64,000 nt of DNA. Source: Candidatus Woesebacteria bacterium UBA5941. GTDB taxonomy: Bacteria; Patescibacteriota; Microgenomatia; UBA8517. Shown here in pieces: positions 55,638 to 64,000 of the stretch. The first letter of the stretch is position 1; the number at the start of each line of letters is the position of its first letter. The translations under genes were made by a program, and so were the position numbers. The stretch is from contig DJCV01000003.1 of assembly GCA_002430735.1 (NCBI GenBank), positions 21,142 to 85,141 on the forward strand, written 5' to 3'. A model generated the notes under the pieces. It was not told where the DNA came from. It worked only from the letters and a program-made list of their open reading frames with translations, and made no database searches.

Positions 55638-57829
55638 TTTTCTGCTTCTATACTAACCTCAATTCGCTGAGCCACAAACGGCACAAAACGAATAGGATCA
55701 GGAAGAGCAGGATTAATCGTTATTGCAGCTCGTACGAATCCAGGAATTGTTCCCAGATAATTATTTGCAGTCGCGAATCGTTTTCCAGAGACAGCTCGTG
55801 CGACATCATCTGGATTTACATTTGGAAGGAGGTGTGCGGTTAAGCCTATGTTAGCTGAAATATCCCCACCTTGTCCTTTTTGGATCTCAAAATCAGTTTG
55901 CACTTGTTCTGGCCTAAACGAATACCCTCCGGGCACCTGAGATGTTAACAGTTTCTCTGCAGCCTGTTTAATTGCATCTTTGGGAATCGCATACGCAGTC
56001 GCTTGAATCTCAAGAGACAGGTTTACACTACTTGCCTCATCCCCTGCTTTGTGGTCGAAGACTTTTGTATTGGTTTTAGTGGTTACAGAATCCGGAATAA
56101 AAGAGTAATTCTCTGGCACTTCTCTTACAATTTCTTCTTTTGCCTGCGCAGTGAGTTTTGAAACCGTTGCTTGCTCTAAACTATCTAAGTCTGCTTTGGA
56201 AACAGCGGTAATCTGTCGGCTTGACCCACCAGTGAATGTTTCTGCGACAACGGCATCAATTTCACTGGTTAAAAAGTTCCCCACTTTTAAGGTTTGATCT
56301 TTGGCAAGGTTATAATCTGAGCCAATAGCCGCGGCTGTAGCCGAAAGCGTGATTGTTCCAGGTGACGCAGGAGAAGTTGCAGCTGAGACTGAAGCACTTT
56401 CGTCAAGTGTAAACTTTAAGTCGTTTGCTCCGACAAGAAGCGCACCAGCAGGAAGCTTTACACCATTTGCCGTTCCGTTTCTGATGGTTACGGTCCCTTT
56501 TGCTTTATCTCCAACTGTTTTATTTCCACTTGCAGGAGCTGAGTCTTCACCTGAGACTGTCTTTGTAAAGACCGCAACAGGAAGGACTTTATTATCAATG
56601 TCCACAGTATCAGTTCCTTCTTTGAGTGCAAACGTCTCGTGAGTTGTGAGCGAGCGTGGAGAGATAAAAATAGTGATGTCTGCCTGTGGAAGGAAATACC
56701 ACGCAGCAACAACCCCTCCGAAAATAATCGAGAATCCAAGAAATCCAAAGATTGCGGCAGTCTTTAGGGAAAGCGTTGACCTTCGCTTTGCATGCGGTAC
56801 AACATGAGGTTGCTCGATTGGAAGTGTGTCAAAACTTTTCTTTTTAAATGGAAGTGCACCGATTAATGCCGATGGCTTTTTTATTATTGCGAGCATTTTG
56901 TGCTTCGCCTGGAAGGCTTTTGAGCTGGAAGTTGCGTGAATAGCAGTAGCATGTTCCTCTTCACGAGCAACAGCCTGCGAATGATCTTTTGGATTAATTT
57001 TTGTAATGTCTGCATCAATCGCAAATCCCAAATCATTCAGTGATACGTCTGTTGGAACAATATTCTCTTCTAGCGGCTCTGGTGTTTTTTGAGGTGTTAC
57101 AAAAAGCTTTACTGGTCCCATTTCAGATGAACCGGCAAGACTAATTGCACTTAACAATCGTTCATTTGTCGCGAGTTCAATCTTTGGCTCGTGCAAGAAC
57201 ATAAGTTTGTCGTTTGCATCCTTCCAAGTAACTGATGACAGTAAGTGAGAAATGTCCCCAAGCTCTTCTTTTGAAGCACCATACACGACAAATCGCGACG
57301 GGAGTGCATCGTTTGATTGGAACCGGGTGAGTGCTTCTATTAAGTCTTCGGTCAAGGATACGCTTCGGCCAACTTCAACAGTACCGGCGAGTGTTCCAAG
57401 CCTAAAGAGCGTTACTTCGAGTGTCGTTTTCGCAATTCCGACGACAACAGCGGAAAGCGGACCTCCTTCGTTTTGTTTTACCTCATGAGAAATGGCTTCA
57501 GGAATTACCACAAAGCCCACTGGGGACAAGGATAACTTACTGCAAATCTCACGAATAAGGGCTAGATAGTCTTTTTTAATATGTCCTTCTGTCACCCATC
57601 CAGAGGGCACACCAAATACTGTTTTTGTTGGTTCTCCTGCATCTGAAGGGATTGATGCGGTAGCTTCGGTCAATGAAGTATCAACGGCTTCTATTAGTTC
57701 TGCTTCGTCATTCCATGAAACTTCTGGTCCATAGGAAACGACTGAGGTTTCTTCTTCATCACGACTCCACAAGCACACAGAGGTGATGTGAGAAGTAATT
57801 ATGAGAGACCAGAAATAAGCTTTTGACAT
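55634..57829 (-). CDS. large bitopic membrane protein: N-terminal cytoplasmic actin-like (FtsA/PilM-like?) domain, one TM, large extracytoplasmic S/T/A-rich C-terminal domain
   Basis: 731 aa; TM at ~355-380 (TAAIFGFLGFSIIFGGVVAAWYF); ATGA overlap with sortase start; no LPXTG. Confidence 0.45.
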   Translation of the reverse strand: MSKAYFWSLIITSHITSVCLWSRDEEETSVVSYGPEVSWNDEAELIEAVDTSLTEATASIPSDAGEPTKTVFGVPSGWVTEGHIKKDYLALIREICSKLSLSPVGFVVIPEAISHEVKQNEGGPLSAVVVGIAKTTLEVTLFRLGTLAGTVEVGRSVSLTEDLIEALTRFQSNDALPSRFVVYGASKEELGDISHLLSSVTWKDANDKLMFLHEPKIELATNERLLSAISLAGSSEMGPVKLFVTPQKTPEPLEENIVPTDVSLNDLGFAIDADITKINPKDHSQAVAREEEHATAIHATSSSKAFQAKHKMLAIIKKPSALIGALPFKKKSFDTLPIEQPHVVPHAKRRSTLSLKTAAIFGFLGFSIIFGGVVAAWYFLPQADITIFISPRSLTTHETFALKEGTDTVDIDNKVLPVAVFTKTVSGEDSAPASGNKTVGDKAKGTVTIRNGTANGVKLPAGALLVGANDLKFTLDESASVSAATSPASPGTITLSATAAAIGSDYNLAKDQTLKVGNFLTSEIDAVVAETFTGGSSRQITAVSKADLDSLEQATVSKLTAQAKEEIVREVPENYSFIPDSVTTKTNTKVFDHKAGDEASSVNLSLEIQATAYAIPKDAIKQAAEKLLTSQVPGGYSFRPEQVQTDFEIQKGQGGDISANIGLTAHLLPNVNPDDVARAVSGKRFATANNYLGTIPGFVRAAITINPALPDPIRFVPFVAQRIEVSIEAEK

Positions 57830-57849
57830 AGGCAGTCGGAAGCGCCAGT

Positions 57850-59652
57850 TTACACTATTGTGGCATAAATTCGTCTAACGTTACTACCACTTGCTTCCTC
57901 TCGGGTAATTTTAACATGTCCGCCGAGATCGGAGAGTTTTGTGACATGAGGACCACCACACACTTCCTTTGAGAACCATTCGCCATTAGGATCGCCAATC
58001 GTATACACCTTTACTTGCTCTCCATACTTTTGATCAAAAAACGCAAGTGCCCCTTTTGAACGGGCTTCGTCTAAACTCATCATTTCAAATCCAACAGGTA
58101 AGTTCTTATCAATCTGTTCATTTACCAGCGATTCAACTTTTGAGATCTCTTGATCCGTTACTTTTGCATGATGGATAAAGTCAAAGCGCAATCGCTCATG
58201 TGTGATATTACTTCCCTTTTGCTGCACATGATCACCAAGTACTTTTCTCAATCCGGTATGCAATAAGTGGGTTGCAGTGTGCAGTCGTGTTGTTTCTTCA
58301 GAATGATCAACCAATCCACCTTTAAATACTCCCGCAGACGCGGTTCGTGATTTATTCTGGTGTTCTTCGAATGCTTTCTTAAATTCTTCGATGTCAATCT
58401 TTTGTCCTTTTTCTTGGAAGATTTCAACCGACAATTCAAGTGGGAATCCATATGTTTGATATAAATCAAATGCTATTTTCCCATCAATGGTATCAATCTT
58501 TTCCACTTCCTTATTTCCGTTCTCAAGTGTCTTGTGAAATTTTGTTACCTCATCATGAATAACACTCTGCAATTGAGTTGTATCAGAAGAATTAAAATAC
58601 ACTTCATATTTTTTAACCAACTCAGAGATAAGTGTTGTAAAAATATTTGGCTCAATTTGTGTATCCTTCAATTTTCTTGCTTTCAAAATAGCGCGTCGAA
58701 TCAACCGTCGCATCACATACCCTTGTCCTTTATTTGAAGGGACAACTCCTGCTTTTGCAAGAAATGTGGCTGCTCGAATATGGTCAACAATCACTCTAAA
58801 ACTTGCTTTGTCTTCCTCATATTTTTTGCCTACGTAAATCTCTACTTCAGCAATTAAATCTTTAAATAATTCCAGTTCGAACACGTCAGGGTTGTTGTTC
58901 ACAGCGGCAGCCATTCGTTCAAGCCCCCCGCCGAAATCCACATTTTTATTTGGCAGTTCTTCTAATTTTCCGCTCTCGTTCTTTTTATATTGAATAAACA
59001 CGGAATTTCCAATTTCCATAAAACGACCACAATCACAATTTGGGTGACACTCTTGGTTTTTCCATTCAGACTGTTCATGAAGATTCAAACCAGTACCAAA
59101 ATCATAAAAGATTTCTGAGTCCGGTCCTCCAATTTCGCCAACTGGCATTTGCTCAGGAGTACCACTACGACTCCACCAATTTTTTTTCACACCATATTCG
59201 TAAATATGATCTTTTGAAACACCTAACTCAATCCACCTATTGTATGAAGTCTCATCGCGAGGAACTTCCTCATTTCCTTCAAAGATACTAAAGTACAATT
59301 TGTCTTTTGGTAACCCGAGTTCAGCGGTTAAAAATTCAAACACGAACCCTAGCTGTTCTTCTTTGAAATAATCGCCCAAGCTCCAGTTTCCCAACATTTC
59401 AAAAAATGTGGTATGTCTGTTGTCTCCTACTTCCTCAATATCTTGTACGCGAATTGATGGTTGAGAATCGACGAGTCGTTTTCCTGCAGGATGAGTTTCT
59501 CCTAATAAAAAGGGGACAAGTGGTTGCATTCCAGATGATGTGAAGAGTGTTGTTGGATCGTTCTCTAATACAAGAGGTGCAGGGTCAATAATTGCGTGCC
59601 CTTTAGCTTTGAAAAAAGCCAAGTATTTAGTACGAATTTCTGTGAGAGTCAT
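57850..59652 (-). CDS. alaS: alanine--tRNA ligase, short form (catalytic + editing domains, no C-Ala domain)
   Basis: 600 aa; editing-domain HTATHLL ... CGGPHV motifs. Confidence 0.85.
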   Translation of the reverse strand: MTLTEIRTKYLAFFKAKGHAIIDPAPLVLENDPTTLFTSSGMQPLVPFLLGETHPAGKRLVDSQPSIRVQDIEEVGDNRHTTFFEMLGNWSLGDYFKEEQLGFVFEFLTAELGLPKDKLYFSIFEGNEEVPRDETSYNRWIELGVSKDHIYEYGVKKNWWSRSGTPEQMPVGEIGGPDSEIFYDFGTGLNLHEQSEWKNQECHPNCDCGRFMEIGNSVFIQYKKNESGKLEELPNKNVDFGGGLERMAAAVNNNPDVFELELFKDLIAEVEIYVGKKYEEDKASFRVIVDHIRAATFLAKAGVVPSNKGQGYVMRRLIRRAILKARKLKDTQIEPNIFTTLISELVKKYEVYFNSSDTTQLQSVIHDEVTKFHKTLENGNKEVEKIDTIDGKIAFDLYQTYGFPLELSVEIFQEKGQKIDIEEFKKAFEEHQNKSRTASAGVFKGGLVDHSEETTRLHTATHLLHTGLRKVLGDHVQQKGSNITHERLRFDFIHHAKVTDQEISKVESLVNEQIDKNLPVGFEMMSLDEARSKGALAFFDQKYGEQVKVYTIGDPNGEWFSKEVCGGPHVTKLSDLGGHVKITREEASGSNVRRIYATIV

Positions 59653-59713
59653 GGCAGGATTATATCATGCAGCCAATAAAATGACCCCAACAAGTGGGGC
59701 CATACTTTACTTA

Positions 59714-60112
59714 TTATTCAATCCTCCATTTCGAAAACATAAGAAGGAGAGCAATGACGATTAATCCGATTACTGCCCAAGTTCTCATCTCAGCGTTTTC
59801 AATCCGAGACAAAACTCCGAGGCCAAGCCTCAACCGCTGATCCGCAAATTCAAGTGCTACTACTGCAAAGGCTAATGCTGCAAATTGCTCCCGTTTCTTA
59901 CTGATGAAAGCGAGGTATGCGATTCCTGCTGCGATACCTAGTAAAACAAAGGACTGAGTTGCAGCAGGCACATTCTTTTCAATAAAACTGCTCACAGCGG
60001 TCAGTTTGGGAATTTGCATCACAAAGACGACAACAAGCATGAGACACAGAAAAGCGAGTGCGAAGTTGCAAATCCACCCGATCAGGTTCTTGACTGCTAG
60101 CCATACACGCAT
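59714..60112 (-). CDS. hypothetical 4-TM membrane protein
   Basis: 132 aa hydrophobic ORF. Confidence 0.4.
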   Translation of the reverse strand: MRVWLAVKNLIGWICNFALAFLCLMLVVVFVMQIPKLTAVSSFIEKNVPAATQSFVLLGIAAGIAYLAFISKKREQFAALAFAVVALEFADQRLRLGLGVLSRIENAEMRTWAVIGLIVIALLLMFSKWRIE

Positions 60113-60170
60113 GGAACACTCCTTTAATAGGTTCTAAACTGTCCTATAATATCACAATGAGAGTATTATT

Positions 60171-60359
60171 TCAAGCTTTTTTTTTGAGGTTCTCTAAAAA
60201 TGAGGCTACTTTCTCTGTCGGGTTATCCAAAAGAAGCTGTACTCTTCGGATAACGGCGCGCGCTTCTTTGACCACAAAAAACACTTGAAATCCAACGACT
60301 AAGAGCAAACTCGTGAGAGACACTATAACGATAATCAGTAGCAGTTGTATTCCGTCCAT
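60171..60359 (-). CDS. hypothetical small membrane protein
   Basis: 62 aa, single TM. Confidence 0.35.
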   Translation of the reverse strand: MDGIQLLLIIVIVSLTSLLLVVGFQVFFVVKEARAVIRRVQLLLDNPTEKVASFLENLKKKA

Positions 60360-60360
60360 G

Positions 60361-60993
60361 TTATTTTTTTGAAAGCTTAACGTCTATTGTACGGGAGAGG
60401 ATGCTTTCCTTGCCAGTGCGAGAAATTGCTTTAACGACTATCGCTTTCGTTTCAGAAACAATTTGAATTTCTGCAGCAAAATTTCCATCGCTATCCACAA
60501 CAACCGGTGTCTCATTAATACGAATTGCAGCATTCATATCAGTCGTTCCTCTCACCATTACTGTGCCTGAGGTTACCAATTCATTCTCAACAGGAGAAAT
60601 AACTGTAAGCTTAGGGGCGCTCGTGAAATTTCGGTATTGATAGGTTAAATATCCACCCATGACAAGAGCACCGAGTAAGCCAAGAATAAAAATAATTGCA
60701 CGAGGTCCAAACCGAACTTCCTTCTTAATGTCAGGTTTAGGATTAATAGATAGCTTCTGTGGCGGGTAATCGCGCCTGAGGAACGCAACTGCTTGGTCTC
60801 GGTTTATAGACAGTGCATCAGCGATGCTTTTCACAAATCCACTGACAACCGGAAGTTCTGGAAGTTTATTCCAGTTTTCGTTTTCAATATCATCAATAAA
60901 TTCTGGCTTAATTTTTGTAGCACGAGAGAGTTCCTTTTGTGACAACCCTTGTTGCTCACGCGCAATACGAAGTAATGTGCCAATTGTCTTCAT
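60361..60993 (-). CDS. RodZ-like HTH (XRE-type) bitopic membrane protein
   Basis: N-terminal HTH (LSQKELSRATKIKPEFIDDIE), central TM, C-terminal beta-rich domain. Confidence 0.55.
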   Translation of the reverse strand: MKTIGTLLRIAREQQGLSQKELSRATKIKPEFIDDIENENWNKLPELPVVSGFVKSIADALSINRDQAVAFLRRDYPPQKLSINPKPDIKKEVRFGPRAIIFILGLLGALVMGGYLTYQYRNFTSAPKLTVISPVENELVTSGTVMVRGTTDMNAAIRINETPVVVDSDGNFAAEIQIVSETKAIVVKAISRTGKESILSRTIDVKLSKK

Positions 60994-61001
60994 AGAAGCT
61001 C

Positions 61002-63137
61002 TTAACCGCTTGACGCCTCCGAGTCAGCATTTTCACCGCCACCAAACACCTGTTCTGGATTTTGGATTAACACTTCACGCGGCTTACTTCCTTCCGCTGC
61101 GCTAACCACTCCTGCTTCCTCAAGTTGATCGAGTATTCGTGCAGCTCGTGCATACCCAACTGATAATTTGCGCTGCAATAGTGATGCTGAAGCGCGATCG
61201 TATTGGCATACGATTTCAACAGCGCGCTTAAACATATCATCCGTCTCTTCAACACCGGCAACATTTAAGCTTCCTGGCTTTTGAGTTGTCACCACCTCTT
61301 CAGTGTAATGAGGCTCAACTCCTTGTTCTTTCAAGAATGAAACGAGGTGGTTCACATCTTTATCTGAAACAAAAGCCCCCTGGATACGCTTTGGGCGGGC
61401 TTGTTCTGGGGACAAATGTAACATGTCTCCTTTACCGAGCAATTTCTCAGCACCATACGCATCCAAGATAACTCGTGAATCTACTTGAGAAGAAACGGCA
61501 AAAGCTATGCGGTGAGGAACGTTTGCCTTGATAAGTCCTGTTAAAACGTCAACAGATGGGCGTTGGGTTGCAAGCACCATATGAATACCTGTCGCACGAC
61601 TCATTTGAGCAAGACGCGTAATACAGTCTTCAACTTCAACAGGAGCAAAGAGCATGATATCAGCCAACTCATCAATAACAAGAACGATATAAGGCATGGC
61701 CTGGAATCCGCTCATTTCGTTGTATCCGTCGATATTTCTCACACCTGATTGTGCGAAGAGTTTGTACCTGCGGTCCATTTCCCCTACTAACCATCTCAGC
61801 GCTGACAAGACTTTATCAGGTTCAACGATAACGGGTGTTAATAAATGAGGAATACTGTTATATCCCGTTAACTCAACTCGTTTTGGATCGACCAAAATAA
61901 ACTTCACTTCAGACGGAGATGCACGGAACAGGAGAGATGCTAAAAACGTATTTAAACAGACGCTTTTTCCTGACCCAGTTTGCCCTGCAATTAATACGTG
62001 TGGCATTTTTCCAATGTCAGCAATAATTGGCTTTCCAGCGACATCGAGTCCCAACGCAACAGTTAACTTTGAATGAGAGGTTCTCATTGGATCACTTAAT
62101 AACATTTTCTTAAGAGGCACAAATTCAGGAGATTTATTCGGAAGTTCAATACCAACGAGCGATCTTCCTGCGATTGGCGCTTCAATACGAATAGCCCCCG
62201 TTGGAGACTCAAGTGAGCGAGCCAAATCCCGATCAAGAGCTGTAATTTTTGAAAGCTTCGTACCAAGTGCCACTTCAATTGCATACTGAGTAACAGATGG
62301 ACCTTGATTCACCTCAACAACCCGCGCGGTAATTCCAAAGGAATCAAGCGTTTCTTCAATGACCGCAGCATTGCCTTTAATATCACCTCTGTCAGCTTTC
62401 CCGCCACTTGATTCAGAAAGCAAATCAAGCGGTGGATATTTCCACACACCATCATCCCCAGCATTACTTGCAATAGGTTTCATCTCTTTTCCTTTTGTAT
62501 CATTCGAGTACGTTGGAGCCCCACCTAAAATCTTAAATTCTTTTTTCTCAGGAGCACTTCCACCAAACAGTTTTCCTCCCAAAAAGCCTCTCTTCTCTTT
62601 AATCTTCTCTTCTGATTCAAGAATATCGTCCTTGGATTTTTTCGCACTCTTTTTCTCTTCTTTTGCTGTTACTAACTCAATCAGTTGTTCAAAGGAAACA
62701 TTAAAAAGAATTAAAAGCCCTGCCACAGTTAATGCAAGAAGCAGGACGATACTCCCTGCTGGCGTAATAAGGGCTGCAACACCGTCCCCAGCTTGCGTGC
62801 CAAACGATCCAGAATGGGTAAGTGTAGTAATTGAAAGGAAAAAGAGAAGAGAACCAATAACGACATTTGCCCGTCCGAGCAGAATTTTAATTTTACTCAC
62901 AGCAAATCCAAAGGAAATCAAAATAAATGGCAAAAAGACAGATGACCACCCAAGGTAACTCGTTAAAAAATCGTTTACACGAATAAGGGCTCGTCCCTGT
63001 CGTGAGAAAGAAACCAAAATAAGTCCTGCAGCAACCCAAAATGCGATCTGCAGAAGAGATCTAAAAACGGCGGGATTAATACCAGACCGTTCGCCTTTTT
63101 CTTTCGACTTTTTGATGCGCTTTCGTTTCTTAGCCAT
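61002..63137 (-). CDS. ftsK: DNA translocase FtsK/SpoIIIE
   Basis: N-terminal TM helices, Walker A GQTGSGKS, C-terminal gamma wHTH. Confidence 0.9.
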   Translation of the reverse strand: MAKKRKRIKKSKEKGERSGINPAVFRSLLQIAFWVAAGLILVSFSRQGRALIRVNDFLTSYLGWSSVFLPFILISFGFAVSKIKILLGRANVVIGSLLFFLSITTLTHSGSFGTQAGDGVAALITPAGSIVLLLALTVAGLLILFNVSFEQLIELVTAKEEKKSAKKSKDDILESEEKIKEKRGFLGGKLFGGSAPEKKEFKILGGAPTYSNDTKGKEMKPIASNAGDDGVWKYPPLDLLSESSGGKADRGDIKGNAAVIEETLDSFGITARVVEVNQGPSVTQYAIEVALGTKLSKITALDRDLARSLESPTGAIRIEAPIAGRSLVGIELPNKSPEFVPLKKMLLSDPMRTSHSKLTVALGLDVAGKPIIADIGKMPHVLIAGQTGSGKSVCLNTFLASLLFRASPSEVKFILVDPKRVELTGYNSIPHLLTPVIVEPDKVLSALRWLVGEMDRRYKLFAQSGVRNIDGYNEMSGFQAMPYIVLVIDELADIMLFAPVEVEDCITRLAQMSRATGIHMVLATQRPSVDVLTGLIKANVPHRIAFAVSSQVDSRVILDAYGAEKLLGKGDMLHLSPEQARPKRIQGAFVSDKDVNHLVSFLKEQGVEPHYTEEVVTTQKPGSLNVAGVEETDDMFKRAVEIVCQYDRASASLLQRKLSVGYARAARILDQLEEAGVVSAAEGSKPREVLIQNPEQVFGGGENADSEASSG

Positions 63138-63179
63138 ATTTATCCACAGTATAACAGAGGCGTAAACGGGGAGAGAAAT

Positions 63180-64000
63180 TTATTCTTCAGCGACGACCGG
63201 CAAAATCATCGGCCTGCGTCCAGTTTTTTCAAAAAAGTATCGCTCGAGAAAATCCACAGCCTCTCGTTTTAAAACAGCAGTATTTACGATCCTCTTTTTA
63301 TCTAAGTGCTTCACCAGTTTTGATCCACTTTCCGTTAAGAAATTCTTTCTCATTTTTTCAAATACAAACCCACGACTAATAATTTCAGGATCTCCCACAA
63401 CTTTCTTTTGCGCCGTATCAAATCCCATGACAACAATTGCGATTCCATCGCTTGCCAAGATTTGACGGTCTCGCAGTACGACCTGCCCCACATCGCCAAC
63501 TTCCAATCCATCAACCAACACTTGCCTCACAGGAATTGTCTCTCCTCGGGAAACTCGCCCCTGGCTAAATTCAACTGTTTCTCCGCCGGTCAACTCAAGC
63601 ACTTCATTTTTCTTCTTACCCATCATTTCAGCAATCTTCCCGTAGGCTCTCATGTGTCGAATGGTGCCGCCAATGGGGATTAAAAACTTAGGCTGTACTA
63701 GTCCAATAAGCATTTTGATGTCTTCCATGCTTCCGTGTCCTGAGACGTGCAAATTTTCTTGCATGTCGTAATAATGGACATCCACATTCTCCTCAAGCAA
63801 TCGGTCAACAACGAAATCCACATTAAACTTAGCTCCTGGTGGTGCAGGGTCTGCTGAAAAGACAACCGTATCTTCTTCTTCAACACTTAATAAATCGTGT
63901 TCTCCCATCGCAACACGGTAGAGCGCGCTCCCTGGTTGTCCATATGAGCCAGAAATAATGTAGAGCATTTTGTCGCGCGGAATTCGCTTTGCATCGCGAC
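63180..64000 (-). CDS. rnj: ribonuclease J (beta-CASP/MBL family), C-terminal part; gene continues beyond window end
   Basis: HVSGHG motif; reading frame remains open upstream of internal Met at 63968 through position 64000. Confidence 0.8.
   Translation of the reverse strand, partial: RDAKRIPRDKMLYIISGSYGQPGSALYRVAMGEHDLLSVEEEDTVVFSADPAPPGAKFNVDFVVDRLLEENVDVHYYDMQENLHVSGHGSMEDIKMLIGLVQPKFLIPIGGTIRHMRAYGKIAEMMGKKKNEVLELTGGETVEFSQGRVSRGETIPVRQVLVDGLEVGDVGQVVLRDRQILASDGIAIVVMGFDTAQKKVVGDPEIISRGFVFEKMRKNFLTESGSKLVKHLDKKRIVNTAVLKREAVDFLERYFFEKTGRRPMILPVVAEE

Noticed and set aside
1-64000. CRISPR arrays, transposases, integrases, phage or other mobile elements
   Set aside because: I saw no direct-repeat/spacer periodicity and no IS-, integrase- or phage-like ORFs. 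The window looks like a stable core chromosomal region.

Overview
This 64-kb chromosomal segment comes from a small-genome, moderately AT-rich bacterium (GC roughly 40-45% by eye) and is an ordinary core informational/housekeeping region with almost every gene on the minus strand. Inference: it carries strong Candidate-Phyla-Radiation/Patescibacteria-like hallmarks. These are the absence of an L30 gene between rpsE and rplO, S14 type Z, shortened AlaRS, RNase Y and L2, DUF3048/DUF4446, a sortase and GT39.

Gene content: recJ (partial), cca, NUDIX, secF/secD, DUF3048 and DUF4446, nth-like, dtd, an AI-2E transporter, miaA, two TPR proteins, HU, rny, recX, recA, tsaC, a VIT-family transporter, GT39, lysS, and rpsI/rplM. 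A near-complete S10-spc-alpha ribosomal super-operon (rplC ... rplQ) includes secY, adk, map, infA, rpmJ and rpoA but no rpmD. An str-like region follows (rpsJ, tuf, fusA, rpsG, rpsL, and rpoB-rpoC fused into one 2337-aa ORF), then mltG, ruvX, a sortase operon, alaS, a RodZ-like protein, ftsK and rnj (partial). I found an RNase P RNA and a tRNA-Pro(GGG) by hand. I saw no CRISPR array, no transposase or integrase, and no rRNA genes.

The most interesting things in the window:
- An in-frame rpoB-rpoC fusion.
- A structured element of about 210 nt immediately 3' of rpsG (S7) with islands identical to the 16S rRNA h43/h28/decoding-site segment, a candidate rRNA mimic.
- An str/S10 region fragmented by opposite-strand insertions (dut, a secreted SH3b protein, a TlyA-like methyltransferase, three small acidic ORFs), each with its own consensus sigma70-like promoter and intrinsic terminator.
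- An attenuator-like leader directly upstream of rplC.
- A pair of overlapping small transmembrane-peptide genes with their own promoter and terminator.
- Many promoters positioned for leaderless mRNAs.
- A sortase translationally coupled to a 731-aa membrane protein with no LPXTG motif.
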